From: Octopus sinensis
Lineage: Eukaryota
Assembly (NCBI RefSeq): GCF_006345805.1
Contig: NW_021833550.1
Location: 1 to 28,709, forward strand
Direction of reading: 5' to 3'
Length of the DNA: 28,709 nt
The notes beneath the pieces are model-generated. The model did no database searches. It saw only the letters and a program-made list of their open reading frames with translations, and had not been told where the DNA came from. Positions 24,145 to 28,709 of the stretch are shown piece by piece. A program made the position numbers and the translations under genes. Position 1 is the stretch's first letter; every line of letters starts with the position of its first letter.

Positions 24145-24611
24145 ATATATATATACATATATATATATACATATAAATATACATGTAGAAACATTTATTT
24201 GCATCTATGTGCACGTACACGTATCCAATATAGGATTTCATTATAGGGACAGCACTTTCTGTGAAACGATCGTAAAAAAGGTTTAAATATTTAATTCAAA
24301 ACTTATAAACTGTCATATACATTATATATTTATACGTATACATATACAATATATTTTTTAAATATTTATATTTATTTATTTATATATTTTTAATACAACC
24401 ATTTTTTTTCACACGTGTATATCTTTCTGTGAAGTTTTCTGATATTGAATTCTTAATATTAATAATAACATATTATTTAAAAATATATATAATCGCTCGC
24501 ATTAAATATATAAATACCTTAATAATATTAACACTTTGATACAATAGAGCACTCAATATATATTCAGTATGTAATATTCTCATTGAATATATTTGACTAA
24601 AGATTCATATA

Positions 24612-25039
24612 TACTCTTTACTCTTTTTACTCTTTTACTTGTTTCAGTCATTTGACTGTTGCCATGCTGGAGCACCGCGTTTAGTCGAGCAAGTCGACCC
24701 CAGTACTTATTCTTTGTAAGCCTAGTATTTATTCTATCGGTCTCTTTTGCCGAACCGCTAAGTTACAGGGTCGTAAAGACACCAGCATCGGTTGTCAAGC
24801 GATGTTGGAGGGGGGATAAAAACAGACACAAACATATACACACATGCACACACATAGATATATATACATATACATATATACGACAGGCTTCTTTCAGTTT
24901 CCGTCTACCAAATCCACTCACAAGGCTTTGGTCGGCCTGAGGTTATAGCAGAAGACACTTGCCCAAGGTACCACGCAGTGGGACTGAACCCGGGACCATA
25001 TGGTTCGTAAGCAATCTACTTACCACACACCCACTACTA

Positions 25040-25042
<3 letters not shown>
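24612..25042 (-). mobile_element. Family A SINE, full length
   Basis: Matches the family from head to tail; followed by a long (TA)n tract to about 25125. Confidence 0.88.
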
Positions 25043-25114
<72 letters not shown>

Positions 25115-25420
25115 ACATATATACATATATATATGCAACCATGCCCACACATGCAGACATATGTATTAGAATATGATTGTTCCTTTCCAGCAACACAAAA
25201 CCATCCAATGGCCATTTTTATGGGTTTCGAAACAAAAAGCCTACAGTTACAAGGAAAATGACAATAATAAAAGCACAGTAAAATAGAACGCAAAAGAAAT
25301 ATCTAAAGCGGTTTTTATTAATTTGATTACCCTGTGTACGAGGGATACAATGTGTGCAAGGAAGAGGGATATTAGCGTTTGGAAGGAGAATCGCTTTCAA
25401 TTGAAATTTCAGGAAGAACC

Positions 25421-25704
25421 TGCGTGGTACCTTGGGCAAGTGTCTTCTACTTAAGCCTCGGACCGACCAAAACCTTGTGAGTGGATTTGGTAGACGGAAA
25501 CTGAAAGAAGCCTGTCGTATATATGTATATGTATATATATATCTATGTGTGTGTATGTGTGTATATGTTTGTGTGTGTTTTTGTTCCCCCCCTCCAACAT
25601 CGCTTGACAACCGATGCTGGTGTGTTTACGACCATGTAACTTAGCGGTTCGACAAAAGAGACCGATAGAATAAATACTAGGCTTACAAAGAATAAGTACT
25701 GGGG
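25421..25704 (+). mobile_element. Family A SINE, truncated at both ends, opposite orientation
   Basis: Reverse complement of about 24700-24980. Confidence 0.87.
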
Positions 25705-25709
25705 CCTTT

Positions 25710-26560
25710 TCTCTCTCGCGTCGCTTAATTTAGGCTTTTTGGACACAGTTTCTGCACTTTTCACACTAGCAGGCCTTTTCATTAGAATTATAGCTAGAGA
25801 AGTCTGCTTTTACCTGCCTTTTTATTCAGTCTTTAGTAGTTTTTCTGTGCCACGTTGTAAATACTCGGCTAAGCTATTTTTGCATCTCTATACGTTCTTC
25901 TACTGCTATTAAGCATCTCCCAGTCTGGTCTTTCCTTAATTACAGTCGGTTGATATCTGCTTTCGGATGTTGAGCGTCACATATTTTCAGCAACTTATTA
26001 GTTTTTGTCAAATTTATTTATTTTGATTATTATTTCTCTTTATCAGAGGTTTTGTAGGAGTTCCTTGAGGCTTGCATTGTGGGAGTTCCTGGACACTTGC
26101 TCATTCTAATGTCGACCCTCCAGTTTGTGGCCAAAGCTTACTCTTGCGCTGCCAATATAGTGTTCTCGGTCTCTTTCTTTAGAATTCCTTTCATCAGCCA
26201 ATCCCACCTACTTTTTGTTATATGGAAATTCATTGTGTTCTCCCTTCTTGCGCCATTCTTTTTGTGTTTCTTCCTTCGGTTTTCCTGCTTTCAATACTCC
26301 CTCATTCCTAACTGTCACTAACAAGGTTTCCTTTCTTTGGGTTCGGTATCTCATTAAGCCTTCGAGTTCGAAACGCACGCAGTTTCCCACACTTATCAGT
26401 CCCTTTTCTCCATTCGCTCTCTTCGTGTATCGGCGATCGAGGTCTGCATGTGGATGATGGGCTCCATACATCGTTAGAACCTTTCTTGACTTCCTGTCCA
26501 TCTCCTTTAGCTTCTCTGTCCACTTCAGTTTTCCAGCTTTCAAACCAATATTTTGCTCAC
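25710..26560 (-). mobile_element. Two decayed R4/Dong-like LINE fragments (post-RT region)
   Basis: EMDRKSRKVLTMYGAHHPHADLDRRYTKRANGEKGLISV (about 26520-26390) and WDWLMKGILKKETENTILAAQEQAL; a second, older HPKADINRL...RCLIAVEE lies at about 25970-25890. Confidence 0.72.
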
Positions 26561-26779
26561 TCGCCAAAAGTGCTCTCTTTTTCTCTTTTCCTTCATGTCG
26601 TGGTGTTTGATTCCATCTGTGTGTGGTGTGAGTGTGAGTGAGAGAGAGAGGGAGTGTGTGTGTGTGGGGGGAGCATTGTAAGCGATGAATGAAATGAACA
26701 TGAAATGAAAAAATCGTGTAAATGAAAGGACATAATAAACGGAATAATAGAGGTTTCAAATATTGGTACGTGACCAGCA

Positions 26780-26963
26780 GATTTGGTGTAGGGGGTTAAG
26801 TTGATTACATTGACCCAGAGCTCAACTTGCGCTTATTTTATCGACACAGAAATTATGAAAAGCAAAGTCAATCTTGGCGGAATTTGAACTCAGAACGTAA
26901 AGACAGACGAAGTACTGCAAAGCATTTCTCCCGCTCTGCTAACGATTCTGCCAGCTTACCGCC
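26780..26963 (-). mobile_element. Family B tRNA-SINE, diverged
   Basis: The reverse complement matches the 9885 head (ggcggtaagctggcagaatcgttagc...gttctgagttcaaattcc). Confidence 0.75.
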
Positions 26964-28199
26964 TAATTTAAGGATTAATAGTGATAAGTTTTCATAATGG
27001 TCTAATGAGAAATTGAAATCATCACATCACTAAATGCATATGAAAATCTATTCAATTTGACAGTGCCATAATAACATTTGAGAGAAGTAAATTGCTTATA
27101 TTCTATGACAAACAGATATGTAGGGTATGTCATTGAATATTTGAAGATTCTACAACACCGCTCCAACGTAATGTATGCAAAGAGGTATGTACCAGTAATA
27201 TCCCTGTTGTTTTTCTGCTTCTCTCTCTACTCAGCCTGTCTGCAGAATGTTTACGAAAACGTGCTTTTAACGATATTACAATAATGAACTCAACTCCCAA
27301 AGTAATAAATTCTTTCATAACGTTTCCATAAATGAGTCAAATGATTTGCCGTTGAACGAGATGGACACATTCCTGGAGGACTCAAACGGGAGAATAGGTT
27401 GCATTACCTTTTGAAAAATCATTGTAATTACAAACACACACACACGCACACACAGGACAGTCATAATGGAACAGACATAGAAAGACATACACATACACAC
27501 TCACCACCCCCACCCCCACCAGAGTGGTCGTATTTAAACAGACAGAAAGTCACTCACAAAAATTACTTCTTCTCATCCTGCTACTTCTACTACTGTAAAA
27601 GTCATTTAAAAATAATTTGCTCGCTCACCATCATCAATGCCTTTGCTCTGTTCTGCATTGTAACATTGAGACATGTCTGGTTCTTGCCAGATACCAGTAA
27701 ACGGTGAACACTTTTGTGATGACAGGTTTTGACTTGATGCCATTTCTGGATGCCCCATCGTTCTGGAAGAACTGAAAAAATAAATGTTAATATTGTCAGT
27801 CGAGTTTATTCATTCCGAGGAGAATTTCATCAATCTCAGAGGAATATAAGAAACCTTCGAACTGGTCGTGATTTGAACTCATAATTTAGTGAAAGAAGGA
27901 TAAATGGTGTCTTGCATTGGGGGAGAAAATATTATTTACTCCTCACCCCTATATCAAAACTAATGTCAAATATTTTCTAACTAGAGTTCAGATATAAAAA
28001 CAATATTCCTGCATCTGTTTTTATTTACAATAATTTCTTGTTTTTATGATTATTCAATACAAGATTAGTTGGAACGGTGTAGGTGATGCAGAATTAAGGA
28101 GCCAAGTTGTTAGTTCAAGTTGAATGGGGGAATTAGTTGCTAATATTTCGCCACCATAGACATCAGTAGCAACAGCGGCAGCAATGGATTTATGTATAT

Positions 28200-28414
28200 T
28201 TTCCTACATATGCACAGATTTGAGTGATTCCACCAGTTGGTCTTGTCTTAAAACTAATAAAGCTCAGCCTCTGGGAGGAACAATTTAGATGCTTAACCTG
28301 TGGAATGACGTGGTAGAAATGAGAGAAGAGAGACCGTGTTACATAGTCTGTGATGAGTGAAATCCCAGGATGACCATCATGTACTAGCAAGATATATAGC
28401 TCTAATGTAATCAT
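28200..28414 (-). pseudogene. Possible remnant of a Gypsy-type integrase zinc-binding region
   Basis: Only the motif LVHDGHPGIS resembles LHxGHPGI; downstream motifs are not clear. Confidence 0.25.
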
Positions 28415-28589
28415 AAAATTGAATAAATAGTATTAGCCTGAATCCAACAGAATCACTGATAGATTCTATTGGCTGTATCTAGGTATGTGCTTTCTTTGCT
28501 ACAATTATTTTGTGAAATTCTGGAACTTACAAGAATCTTTAAATCTTTGAATAATGCTGATTTCAAATTTTGGCAGCTATTTTGGGCGG

Positions 28590-28709
28590 GTGGTGTAGTC
28601 GATTACATAGACCCCAGTGGTACTTATTTATCGATCCCGTAAGGGTAAAAGACAAAGTCGACCCTGGTGGCATTTGATCTCAGAATGTAAAGTCAGAAGA
28701 AATGCTGCT
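28590..28709 (-). mobile_element. Family B SINE fragment running off the window
   Basis: gtcgattacatagaccccagtggtacttatttatcgatcc...aaagtcgacc...tcagaatgtaa is the reverse complement of the 9950-10050 region. Confidence 0.7.

Overview
AT-rich, microsatellite-dense animal genomic DNA, most likely from an octopus (coleoid cephalopod), judged from the tRNA-derived SINE families and the LINE content; the organism is an inference. The window lies inside a Meis/homothorax (TALE homeobox) gene on the + strand. Two coding exons are recognisable: 6133-6347 (ending ...LKRDKDAIYG) and 11277-11418 ([55 protein letters not shown] domain). They splice in frame. I found neither exon 1 nor exon 4. The rest is intronic and mostly transposon-derived: three tRNA-SINE families, R4/Dong-like RLE LINE fragments sitting in (TAA)n microsatellites, CR1-type LINE 3' ends, a near full-length decayed RTE LINE, non-autonomous Helitrons and a MITE. 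There are also many 120-610 bp local tandem duplications. I see no prokaryotic system or CRISPR array. The best leads are: a stack of TAA-targeted retroposons next to exon 2; a tandem array of SINE Pol III heads whose predicted read-through would run antisense across exon 2; a weak exon 3 donor with possible truncating isoforms; a precise Helitron insertion into a minisatellite; and an inverted SINE pair that could form an ADAR substrate.
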